Shown piece by piece: positions 10,281 through 18,948 of a DNA stretch of 64,000 nucleotides. A program made the translations under genes and the position numbers. The notes beneath the pieces are model-generated. The model worked only from the letters and a program-made list of their open reading frames with translations. It searched no databases and had not been told where the DNA came from. The DNA is from Fibrobacteria bacterium (GTDB taxonomy: Bacteria; Fibrobacterota; Fibrobacteria; UBA11236): assembly GCA_043745805.1 (NCBI GenBank), contig JAYTSD010000001.1:96001-160000 (forward strand), in the 5' to 3' direction. Position 1 is the first letter of the stretch. Each line of letters opens with the position of its first letter.

Positions 10281-10892
10281 TTATCCATTATTCGAAGCGA
10301 GCGTACTTCCTTGTGCCCAAGCTTCTAATCCCGACGCCACCAATGAATTCACTTGACTAAAAAAATCTTGTGCTTTTCCATTGGCAGAGTTTTTCTCGGC
10401 GGCATTTTTGCTTCCTTGCATATGATGTAAACGATTTTTCATTTCATCTACAAAATCTGCTTGGGATCCTTCGCCGGTTTTTGCATACTCGTCTTGCATA
10501 CGTTTGAGAATATGATCTGCTACATGTTGGGGATTATGACCATGTGGCCTTTTTTCAGGTTCTGGTACAGACTCTAGTTTAACATTTGACTCTATTAAAG
10601 AACCATCTTGCCCTTCATTTTCACTGCCCAATTTTTCGAGTAGTGATTTTATCATTTTAAGTGGATTTTCATTTTCTTTCGCAACCACATCCGTAACTTG
10701 TAAGGTAATGGCTTGAATACTTAAGGAGAGCGTATCTCCATCCTTGTTGGTTAAACCACTAGGATTAAATGAAAAAGATTTGGCTTTTGCCCCATCATTT
10801 CCTTTATCAGGAGGAGAAGTTTTGATACCTGGACTAGACCCCTGATAGGCTTGTATTTTTACATACGTCGCACTATATGAATTTATTTCCAT
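10281..10892 (-). CDS. Hypothetical protein
   Basis: 203-aa ORF, low-complexity N-half with a DTLSLS motif and helical C-half; no family recognised with confidence. Confidence 0.65.
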   Translation of the reverse strand: MEINSYSATYVKIQAYQGSSPGIKTSPPDKGNDGAKAKSFSFNPSGLTNKDGDTLSLSIQAITLQVTDVVAKENENPLKMIKSLLEKLGSENEGQDGSLIESNVKLESVPEPEKRPHGHNPQHVADHILKRMQDEYAKTGEGSQADFVDEMKNRLHHMQGSKNAAEKNSANGKAQDFFSQVNSLVASGLEAWAQGSTLASNNG

Positions 10893-11083
10893 AAATTTCT
10901 TTCTGGAAAAAGTGAAAACAACTTCATCGTAATTGATAAGGTTGCTATTACATATTAAAAGCTGGAAGAGGGTTTTACCAAGAAAGTTGAGATAATAGAT
11001 TAATTTTTATTTTCACTTAGAAAAATAATTTGCACATTAATTTTTACTTTAACATTTGCTTTTAGCTTTGCCTTAATTTTCTC

Positions 11084-11100
11084 GTTACAATCTGTTACAA
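11084..11100. promoter_or_regulatory. Tandem direct repeat, candidate OmpR/CpxR-family binding site
   Basis: GTTACAA-TCT-GTTACAA (10-bp period) upstream of the cpxP-like/RR/HK operon. Confidence 0.55.
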
Positions 11101-11175
11101 AGGAGATATAGTCGATTAATATCCATTCTATATCTTCTTCCTTGTGAACAAAAACACACTCACAAAGGAAAGAAT

Positions 11176-11622
11176 ATGTGGAAAAGAAAATTTTTAAAAT
11201 TCATTTTGCCAGTCGCAGCTATTGGATTAGGAGCCGCTCTTTTTACCGGCTGCCATGGTTCACATTGCTGTGCTAAATCTCCCAAGGGAAAGGCGGATTG
11301 GGTAGTTAAAAAACTTTCCAATGAATTGGATTTAGATGCCGGTCAAAAAGCGAAGTTGGAATTGATCAAGATTGATTTATTAACACATCGCCCCGATTTC
11401 ATGGCTTGGCATGATAGTTTGGGTAGTGATTTAATCAATCAAATTCGCAGTGAAAAAATGGACAAGGAGAAAATGAATAGCATCTTATCTGAAAAAGAAG
11501 ATAAGCTTAAAGAATTTCGTAGCCTATTAGTAGATAAATTAATCGAGTTTCATGCTATTTTGACACCCGTACAAAGGGAAAAATTAGCTGCTAAAATTGC
11601 AGAAATGAAACGTTGTAATTAA
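11176..11622 (+). CDS. Spy/CpxP-family periplasmic protein (probable lipoprotein)
   Basis: Lipobox-like LFTGC; ELDLDAGQK and ILTPVQREK (LTxxQ-type) motifs; upstream of a two-component system. Confidence 0.8.
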   Translation: MWKRKFLKFILPVAAIGLGAALFTGCHGSHCCAKSPKGKADWVVKKLSNELDLDAGQKAKLELIKIDLLTHRPDFMAWHDSLGSDLINQIRSEKMDKEKMNSILSEKEDKLKEFRSLLVDKLIEFHAILTPVQREKLAAKIAEMKRCN

Positions 11623-11628
11623 AACCCT

Positions 11629-11697
11629 CTGCGCTCTAGGATTTTAGTCCGGCTACGGGTAATGATAATCACAGTCGGGTCGAAAACTAGGGCGTAG
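11629..11697 (+). other. Long intergenic stem-loop (many G-U pairs)
   Basis: CTGCGCTCTAG..TTTT..GTCCGGCT pairs with AGTCGGGT..AAAA.CTAGGGCGTAG. Confidence 0.5.
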
Positions 11698-11715
11698 TTT
11701 TATAGCTTTTAAATT

Positions 11716-12417
11716 ATGCATGAACAAATTCTTATAATCGATGATGATCGAAAGCTATGCAAGCTTTTAGAAAGCTATTTAAGTCAACATAATTATAAAG
11801 TAATGATGGCTCATGATGGCGAAGATGGATTACGTGCGATTAAAAGACAAGTTCCCGATTTAGTGATTTTGGATGTGATGTTACCTGGAAAAGATGGCTT
11901 TCAAATTTGTAGAGAAATTCGTTCTGATTATAAATTCCCCATTATTATGTTAACGGCAAGGGGGGAGGTAACCGATAGAATCGTTGGCCTTGAATTAGGT
12001 GCTGATGATTATTTACCCAAACCATTTGAACCAAGGGAATTAATAGCGCGCATGCAAGCGGTATTGCGTCGGGGAACGGAGAAAAATAAAAAGGAAATTC
12101 AAATCTTTGGTAAATTGAAAATCGATTTTTCCAAAAGAAGCGTAACCTTGGATGCCAAAAATTTGGAATTAACCGCTACGGAATTCGATATCCTTTCTGT
12201 TTTTGCCAAATATCCTGGCAAGGCTTTAAATCGCGATCAAATTTTGGAAAAATTAAAAGGTTTGGAATGGGAACCTATGAACCGTTCTATTGATGTTTTG
12301 ATGAGTCGCTTGCGACAAAAACTCGGAGACGATCCCAAACAGCCCACCTACTTTAAAACCTTATGGGGCGCAGGCTATATGTTTATTGGCGAGGAGGGTG
12401 CAGATGAGCATGAATAG
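11716..12417 (+). CDS. OmpR/PhoB-family response regulator
   Basis: REC (LDVMLP, GADDYLPKPF) plus winged helix (RSIDVLMSRLRQKL, GAGY). Confidence 0.95.
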   Translation: MHEQILIIDDDRKLCKLLESYLSQHNYKVMMAHDGEDGLRAIKRQVPDLVILDVMLPGKDGFQICREIRSDYKFPIIMLTARGEVTDRIVGLELGADDYLPKPFEPRELIARMQAVLRRGTEKNKKEIQIFGKLKIDFSKRSVTLDAKNLELTATEFDILSVFAKYPGKALNRDQILEKLKGLEWEPMNRSIDVLMSRLRQKLGDDPKQPTYFKTLWGAGYMFIGEEGADEHE

Positions 12418-13759
12418 AAATAATTCATCCACGAAGTGGAATCGACCATGGAATCGACGATCTTTACATTTTAAACTTTTAAGCCTTTTGTTACTAGCAG
12501 GTATTGTTGTAGATTTAACGGTAGGCGCATTTTATCATTTTTCTGGAAAAAATTCACAGCAAATTTTAGCGCGCAATCTTGAAAATTATGCAGAATATTT
12601 AATAAAAGATCTAGGTAACCCACTTGATACCTTAAGAGCCATTCAAATTTTAAGCCCTTTGGGTTTAGATTTGCGTTATCAAGGAAAAGATTTTTCATGG
12701 GCGACCAAACCCAATCTTCCCGATCCCATGATTTTTAAAGGGCATCATTTAGATTGTCCTGCTAATTCTTTAAGTTGCAATGCTATTCCTTTGGGTTGGA
12801 AGCATGGTCGATTTATGTTATTAATCAAAAATTCAAGTGGATATTTTCTTTTCGCAACTACCGCTCGGCGCTTTGGCCCTGGCGGTTTTCCACTGATGAT
12901 GCTACTGTGTTTTTTAACTATCCTCTTTGCGATTGCTTTTTTTCGCATGCGTCGTATGTTAAAACCCATTGCCGCGCTTAATGAGGGCGTACAACAAATT
13001 GGCAGCGGAAATTTATCCCATCGCATCACAGTTTGCGGACATGATGAATTTGCGGGTTTGGCAAAAGCATTTAATGGCATGGCCGAAAGATTACAGGAAA
13101 TTATTCGCTCCAAAGAGCAATTGCTGTTAGATGTCAGTCATGAAATGCGTAGTCCTTTAACGCGCGCTAAGGTAGCCTTAGAGTTACCTATGGTTGAGAG
13201 TAATAAAGAAAGTATACGCGAAGACTTAGATGAAATGGAAAAAATGTTGGCCGAAATTTTGGAAGGCGAACGCTTAAGTAGTGCCAATGGAGGATTGAAA
13301 AAAAGTGATTGCGATTTCACGGAGATGGCTCAAGAAATTGTAACCAAGATTTGTAATCAAGCTCCTGGTATTATTTGGAAAGGATCACAAATTCCGCATA
13401 CCCTTTTTGCAGATGGGGAAAGGATAAAAGTTGTAATACGGAATGTGCTGGAAAATGCTTTGAAGTATTCCAAGGAAGGCAACCGTCCCGTGGAAATTTA
13501 TTTTCAAGAATCGGCGGAAAAAACCAGCTTTAATTTATGCATTCGTGATTTTGGACAGGGCATACCCACTCAAGATTTAGAGAAAATCTTTGAACCTTTT
13601 TATCGAGTAGATCGATCGAGAAGTAAAGATACCGGCGGATTTGGATTGGGCTTAAGTTTATGTCAAAAAATCATATTAGCGCATGGTGGGGATATTTTGA
13701 TGGAGAGCATTGTGGGACAGGGCAGCACCGTAACTATCCGATTACCGATGCCTATTTAA
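12404..13759 (+). CDS. Membrane sensor histidine kinase (HAMP-HisKA-HATPase)
   Basis: SHEMRSPL, NVLENALKYS, DFGQGI, GFGLGLS; start set at ATG after GAGGAG. Confidence 0.95.
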   Translation: MSMNRNNSSTKWNRPWNRRSLHFKLLSLLLLAGIVVDLTVGAFYHFSGKNSQQILARNLENYAEYLIKDLGNPLDTLRAIQILSPLGLDLRYQGKDFSWATKPNLPDPMIFKGHHLDCPANSLSCNAIPLGWKHGRFMLLIKNSSGYFLFATTARRFGPGGFPLMMLLCFLTILFAIAFFRMRRMLKPIAALNEGVQQIGSGNLSHRITVCGHDEFAGLAKAFNGMAERLQEIIRSKEQLLLDVSHEMRSPLTRAKVALELPMVESNKESIREDLDEMEKMLAEILEGERLSSANGGLKKSDCDFTEMAQEIVTKICNQAPGIIWKGSQIPHTLFADGERIKVVIRNVLENALKYSKEGNRPVEIYFQESAEKTSFNLCIRDFGQGIPTQDLEKIFEPFYRVDRSRSKDTGGFGLGLSLCQKIILAHGGDILMESIVGQGSTVTIRLPMPI

Positions 13760-13886
13760 AAAACATACTCCGTGGACGGAAAAGCGGTTTACTGAATATT
13801 ATTATTTTCCTAATTAATAGCGATCGTACGGATTTGGGATTTCCACTTTTGCACTTTGTATTACCAATTTTGTTAGGAAGAATATT

Positions 13887-14456
13887 ATGGGAGTTTTAAA
13901 ATTTCTGCTATTTTCCTTTTGCGTATCTATCTGCGGCATATATGTTGTTTTGCATTTCACTTATACCTTGAAAATAAAGCCTTTATTGGATACTGCCTAT
14001 AGTCAAGTACATATTTGTAATAATGTAGGTTTTGAAATCTGCCAGCATTATGGTTTGGATGATAAAAAAAAACTTGAAAAACGCACGCAAGAATTTTTTG
14101 ACCAATTAGGCAGTAATGATTCCAGCTGGATTCAGTATAATGATTCTCTAGTCAATCTCTTCCAAAGTAAAGCCGTACAAATGTTTATTGATAGACATGA
14201 TTTCGCCTATCATGCTTATGATACCTTTTTGAAAATGGGTGATTTTTCTCCCAAATTTATTAATCCCATGGGCAGTGTGAGGCATTTTCTCTACGCTATT
14301 TTTATTGTGAAATACTTCCCTTTGAGCCCCAATTCCGAAATCATCTATTCCTCGCAAAACAACTATTTAGGATTTCGTATTTTTCTACCCGAAGGCAAAA
14401 TAATCAGCAGCTTTATTTATAATAATAAAGAACTGCGCGCTATGTTCGGAGCCTAA
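13887..14456 (+). CDS. Hypothetical protein with N-terminal membrane anchor
   Basis: 189-aa ORF, hydrophobic N-terminus. Confidence 0.55.
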   Translation: MGVLKFLLFSFCVSICGIYVVLHFTYTLKIKPLLDTAYSQVHICNNVGFEICQHYGLDDKKKLEKRTQEFFDQLGSNDSSWIQYNDSLVNLFQSKAVQMFIDRHDFAYHAYDTFLKMGDFSPKFINPMGSVRHFLYAIFIVKYFPLSPNSEIIYSSQNNYLGFRIFLPEGKIISSFIYNNKELRAMFGA

Positions 14457-14548
14457 ACCTCAAACCCCATCTTAAAGCATATTTTTTTACCTTTAGTTTT
14501 TAAGCTTGGAATTGAATTCTAGATCACGGTTCTTTATGTCAATCTTTA

Positions 14549-14564
14549 TGTGATAGCGGTCACA
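14549..14564. promoter_or_regulatory. CRP/FNR-family box upstream of toxin module
   Basis: Perfect TGTGA-TAGCGG-TCACA; a second weaker site TGAAT-TCTAGA-TCACG near 14513. Confidence 0.6.
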
Positions 14565-14624
14565 GACCGGCATCCTTTTTAAAAATATGTTTTAGCATAA
14601 TAATTTTTGTTTTGGGGTTATAAA

Positions 14625-15005
14625 ATGAGCGCTACAAATTCCAATGGGCCTTCCGAAAAGCCTCCAGAAAAACATCTTATGCCTTCGGGCAAAAACCGAG
14701 AAATTGTAGTTCGCGATCCAGTTTTATATTTGCGCTATCTCTATCATGACAATCATCCCGTAGTCAATGCCCCCTTTGAAGTAGAAATGGAAAATGGGAA
14801 TATCTTTAAAGGGACTTTGGATGAAAACGGGGAAGTAAAAATTATCAATTTACCCTCCAAGCCCCTTAAGGTAAGGTATGGAGCGGATACACGCCCTTAT
14901 CAATGCGCAGATACAACACCCAATCCCGATTATAAAGAAAAATTTTCCGACGCGGATATGGAAGCGCTTGTGAAAAAGGCCATGGCCGATAATGGGTTGA
15001 AATAA
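14625..15005 (+). CDS. Small protein resembling VgrG/PAAR C-terminal transthyretin-like extension (putative effector adaptor)
   Basis: HPVVNAPFEVEMENGNIFKGTLDENGEVKIINLP pattern; directly upstream of toxin gene. Confidence 0.55.
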   Translation: MSATNSNGPSEKPPEKHLMPSGKNREIVVRDPVLYLRYLYHDNHPVVNAPFEVEMENGNIFKGTLDENGEVKIINLPSKPLKVRYGADTRPYQCADTTPNPDYKEKFSDADMEALVKKAMADNGLK

Positions 15006-15007
15006 TT

Positions 15008-16426
15008 ATGGCTGATGCAGAGAAAAAAGGAATAGTGATGGAATCGCTTTCGTGGGTATGTGGAACCCTCGAAGGCAGCTTCAATGAAAAGCAAGCGGTT
15101 AGCCAAATATTAGTTGATGCGGTAATCGGCATGATACCTGTGGTAGGTGATGTTACTGCGGTGCGGGATATTATTGCGATCGTTATTCGATTAGTGGACA
15201 ATCCCAAAAAGCGCGAAGAGAAAATGGAATGGGTTGGTTTGGTCCTGATGATATTGGCCTTGATTCCCATGCTTGGGGGTGCGCTTAAAGGTGTGGGGCG
15301 ACTACTCATTCGTGCGGGAGAAGATGCTGCTAAAGAAAGTGTCAAAATTGCGGAGCTGATTGCTTGCTTGAATCGCTTAGGTGTGGGTGATGCGCGTAAG
15401 TGGATTAAAGAATTGGATTTTGAAAAACATGCACCTGAGCTAATTAAACATTGGCATAGTTTGGTCGAAGTTTTAGTTGGTGTTTTGGGTAAAGCGCAAG
15501 GATATATGCGCCATTTACTTCCTGAATCTTTGTTGAAACGTATTGAACAATTAAAATCGGGAATAGAAAAGGTTTCCTCCGAGATGGAAAAGCGTATTCC
15601 TGAATCATTAAAAGAATTGCAAGCCCGTTTGAAAAAAATGCAGCATCAATTGTATGAAGGGAAATGGGAGGAAATTCCTGGATCCTTGAAGAGCACCGCG
15701 CGTGAGGCGGAGGCGCGGATGGTGGAGGAGATAGAACTTATTACCAAGAAACCACCGTTTCCGAAGAATGGGAAGAGTATTTATGAGCACGAAGACGGGT
15801 TTCCAAATATTTTACAAATGAAAAATGAAAAAGGAAAAGATATAAGTTTAGACATTATCGAAGCTTTTAGTGGAAAAATGGTTCCTAAAACAATCAAGCA
15901 TGTACATGGCAAAGATCCAAAAAAAATATTTCGAATTATCGAAGATCCAAAAAAAGCAACAGGCTGTTGGTGGACCGAAACTTTACCTACATCCGGCCAA
16001 GAATGGCGTGAGGAGTTTGCTGTACTAGATAATTGGAATAAAAACAAATATTATGTGGAATTTGTTCTGCCTGAAGGAGCGGAGCTTTTGGTTTGGGAGG
16101 GGAAAGTGTCGAGTCAAGTTGACAATGTAAAACTTATTGACAAGAAGCCAAATCCTAAACTTGGGCAGGCTTTGAAAGGAGGCGAGACTCAAATATTTGT
16201 CGATTTTAGATTTCCCCGAAACAAGTACATACTAGATGACGTTCTTCAGAAAGATCCAAATATGCTTAAACTACGGGAAACAAATTGGGTGAATTATATG
16301 GATATAAATAATCCTAATAAAATAACTGTTCCTAAGCTGTTGAATCCAAATGAGATTGCCTCTAAAGCTTCAAAAGTATCTACAGTAGTAAATGTAAAAG
16401 GAGCAGCAAGTAATGACCGATGGTAA
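15008..16426 (+). CDS. Putative polymorphic toxin (FIX-like N-terminus, ART/TNT-like C-terminal domain)
   Basis: GSFNE..QILVDAVIGMIPVVGDVTAVRD + TM helix; C-term FR..GCWW..REEFAV..WN..EGKVSSQ..GGETQ; followed by immunity-like gene. Confidence 0.7.
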   Translation: MADAEKKGIVMESLSWVCGTLEGSFNEKQAVSQILVDAVIGMIPVVGDVTAVRDIIAIVIRLVDNPKKREEKMEWVGLVLMILALIPMLGGALKGVGRLLIRAGEDAAKESVKIAELIACLNRLGVGDARKWIKELDFEKHAPELIKHWHSLVEVLVGVLGKAQGYMRHLLPESLLKRIEQLKSGIEKVSSEMEKRIPESLKELQARLKKMQHQLYEGKWEEIPGSLKSTAREAEARMVEEIELITKKPPFPKNGKSIYEHEDGFPNILQMKNEKGKDISLDIIEAFSGKMVPKTIKHVHGKDPKKIFRIIEDPKKATGCWWTETLPTSGQEWREEFAVLDNWNKNKYYVEFVLPEGAELLVWEGKVSSQVDNVKLIDKKPNPKLGQALKGGETQIFVDFRFPRNKYILDDVLQKDPNMLKLRETNWVNYMDINNPNKITVPKLLNPNEIASKASKVSTVVNVKGAASNDRW

Positions 16427-17324
16427 ACCAATAGTAACAGAAAAATACACAAAAGATTATTTGTATCGATATACAACCTTTGCAGATGGTTATTTAAAGC
16501 CTACTCAAGACGAATTAGCTAAAATATTTTGGATACTTTGCCGTGACACTTCCGTTACCTACATAGAGCGAATGTTAAAGATGTTGGAAGCCTTTAATCC
16601 TGGGTTCGAATCCTATTTAAAAAAAGTTAATGATACCGAGAGTAGCTGGTTCGATTTTATGCAAAACAACTATTATGCTATTAGTGGAATAAAAGATGGA
16701 TTAGCGAAGCTTAAAATTGGTGATACTAGTGGTTATGAAGAAATAAAAAATTCATTAACATTTGTTGATCCTTTTGTAGGAATGCGCGGTATGGATTGGG
16801 ATTATTCAAGGCTAGGGCAACGTGAAGGCGACGCATCAATAGGGCTATGGGTTTGGATGGATCATCTCTCCACATTAGCAGATAACACAAAAACTACATT
16901 GGAAAGTAAATATTGGTTTCCTGAATTTGATGTTTCAAAATTTTTAATTCCGGAAGATATAGGAGCATTTCCATTACGCACTGGTATTTTTGTTCAAACG
17001 GGCGACAGTATTCCTGTTACAGGTGTCTGGATGCCTAAAAATTTAAAAAGCGGTTGCCCTAATTTTTTTGTTCAGGGGCAGGAGGTGCCAGCCGCCAAAA
17101 TTGCATCAAAAAAAATCGAAGCTTTTGTGCTTGATAGCAACAGGAAGGCTACAGAAGAAATTTTAGATATGTATTATGAGAGCATCGAAGTTCCCGCAAT
17201 ATGGGAACTTCATTGGAAAGATGATCGTTATATCAATGGCAAAATTCCATTAGAAGAGCAAGAATATTTGTTGGACAAGGACACCCAAATTCCGACTGAA
17301 CCACCTGTAGCGCCGGGCTCGTAA
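16413..17324 (+). CDS. Immunity protein, Imm71/Imm72-like
   Basis: IFWILCRDTS N-region; TGDSIPVTGVW and WKDDRY (WxDxRY) motifs; overlaps toxin stop. Confidence 0.7.
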   Translation: MTDGKPIVTEKYTKDYLYRYTTFADGYLKPTQDELAKIFWILCRDTSVTYIERMLKMLEAFNPGFESYLKKVNDTESSWFDFMQNNYYAISGIKDGLAKLKIGDTSGYEEIKNSLTFVDPFVGMRGMDWDYSRLGQREGDASIGLWVWMDHLSTLADNTKTTLESKYWFPEFDVSKFLIPEDIGAFPLRTGIFVQTGDSIPVTGVWMPKNLKSGCPNFFVQGQEVPAAKIASKKIEAFVLDSNRKATEEILDMYYESIEVPAIWELHWKDDRYINGKIPLEEQEYLLDKDTQIPTEPPVAPGS

Positions 17325-17330
17325 TTATTA

Positions 17331-18632
17331 ATGCTAAACTTTTTAAAAAAAATATTTGCACCCCCTAAAAGAGATCCCCGTTTCCCAAGGCCAAGTGCTA
17401 ATGGCAAAATTACTATTGATGGTGGAACGATAACTTATAAATCAAAAGATAATTATCGCAATGGAACGGTGATTCTGGATCAAGTTAAATATGTTTATAT
17501 AATTTTTAGCCCAAACGATAATTCAGCAAATGGAACGAGTATTCATTTGCGTTCAGATACGCAATACTGGCTTCCCGCTGATGCATCTGGATTTCAAGAA
17601 GCATATCAATTTTGTGCACAAAAATTTGGTTTTGATGAAACAATATTTTTTGCAACATTGAACTCCGATAAAGAAATGAAAACTGAACTTTGGAGAGCAC
17701 CTCATCCTACAAATTTTGAAATAATTACCACTCCAAATCCAAACGACATAGTTCATGGTTTTGAAATATTAAGCCCAGGAAAAGAATTTATTACTTGGGA
17801 TGCAACATTTGATTCTCTTTCAAGTAATAAAAATATTAGTGTAAAAGATGATAAGCTAGGTTATGAAAAAGTTGAATTTAAATTTCCAGTGCGACTTGGA
17901 AATATTGTAACCTCGGAATTTGCAATATCTTTTTATAGTGAAGTATCCTCAACCCCTTTAAATAGTGGCCATGCAACATTTTTCTTGGAAAATGAACGTC
18001 AAAAAGGTTTCGCATTACTTAGAAATGCTTTTGAAGAAATGTTTGGACCTGAATCTGAAGAGGAGAGGGCTGATCATGAATATCATTTATCTTCACGACG
18101 AGAAGTATCAGGCATTGTTTTTTCGATAACCTATTGGAAAGATTGCGAAAACGGTTTTGATTCCGCCTCAACAAGTTTTTCTATTGATAATGAGCGAGAG
18201 TATTCTCATCTAATTGAAAATGAAGATTATGAAAATAAAATGTCATCAGATATTTTATTAGTAATACCATTCGAAGCATGGATACCTACTAGTTCTCGGA
18301 GTTTGAAATATGTAAAGACTACTCCACAATCTATTCAAAAAGAATATTTAGGTAAAACGGTGATATGGTTTGATAAGACTAATAATACCATTGGATTTGC
18401 AGTTAATGAATACAGCGTTATTTTCGATAAGTCCTTAATCCAAAAAGTAGAGTTAGGAAATACTCTTCCCGCAAAAGGTTCTGGCTATTCCAGATTTTGC
18501 ATTGAACTGGGACGTGGATATGTGGACCAAATCTTAGGTGCAGGCTGCAATGATCTAGACCCCTACCTAAGCGACTTAGAAAAAATTTTGGGAATGAAAA
18601 TTGAAATTTTACCAGAAGATCATGACTGTTGA
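17331..18632 (+). CDS. Hypothetical protein (possible additional/orphan immunity protein)
   Basis: 433-aa AT-rich ORF 6 nt after immunity gene; no family recognised. Confidence 0.6.
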   Translation: MLNFLKKIFAPPKRDPRFPRPSANGKITIDGGTITYKSKDNYRNGTVILDQVKYVYIIFSPNDNSANGTSIHLRSDTQYWLPADASGFQEAYQFCAQKFGFDETIFFATLNSDKEMKTELWRAPHPTNFEIITTPNPNDIVHGFEILSPGKEFITWDATFDSLSSNKNISVKDDKLGYEKVEFKFPVRLGNIVTSEFAISFYSEVSSTPLNSGHATFFLENERQKGFALLRNAFEEMFGPESEEERADHEYHLSSRREVSGIVFSITYWKDCENGFDSASTSFSIDNEREYSHLIENEDYENKMSSDILLVIPFEAWIPTSSRSLKYVKTTPQSIQKEYLGKTVIWFDKTNNTIGFAVNEYSVIFDKSLIQKVELGNTLPAKGSGYSRFCIELGRGYVDQILGAGCNDLDPYLSDLEKILGMKIEILPEDHDC

Positions 18633-18948
18633 AAAGTGAAAAGCTTTTAAAGTAACAGTCATCGCATAATTCAGGCATCAAGCCTTTGTTAAGGTGGACC
18701 AAACACGAGTTCCACACTGATTTAAACGATACCGCATTATCCTAAGCAGGCCTTTATAATTTCAAAAAATGTGCGATTTCAGCCTATTTAATGGGTTTGA
18801 GTACGAAAATGCTCATGTTTAATTGCTTTGGTTGCAGAGTTAAAGCAGCCTAATTTTCATTTTCGCATTACCTTTAAGCAATATTTGTTGGGGGAGGTAA
18901 GGAGGCTTACCTATTTTGGCCTCGAATTACATTAGGAAAGGGTAAGCA

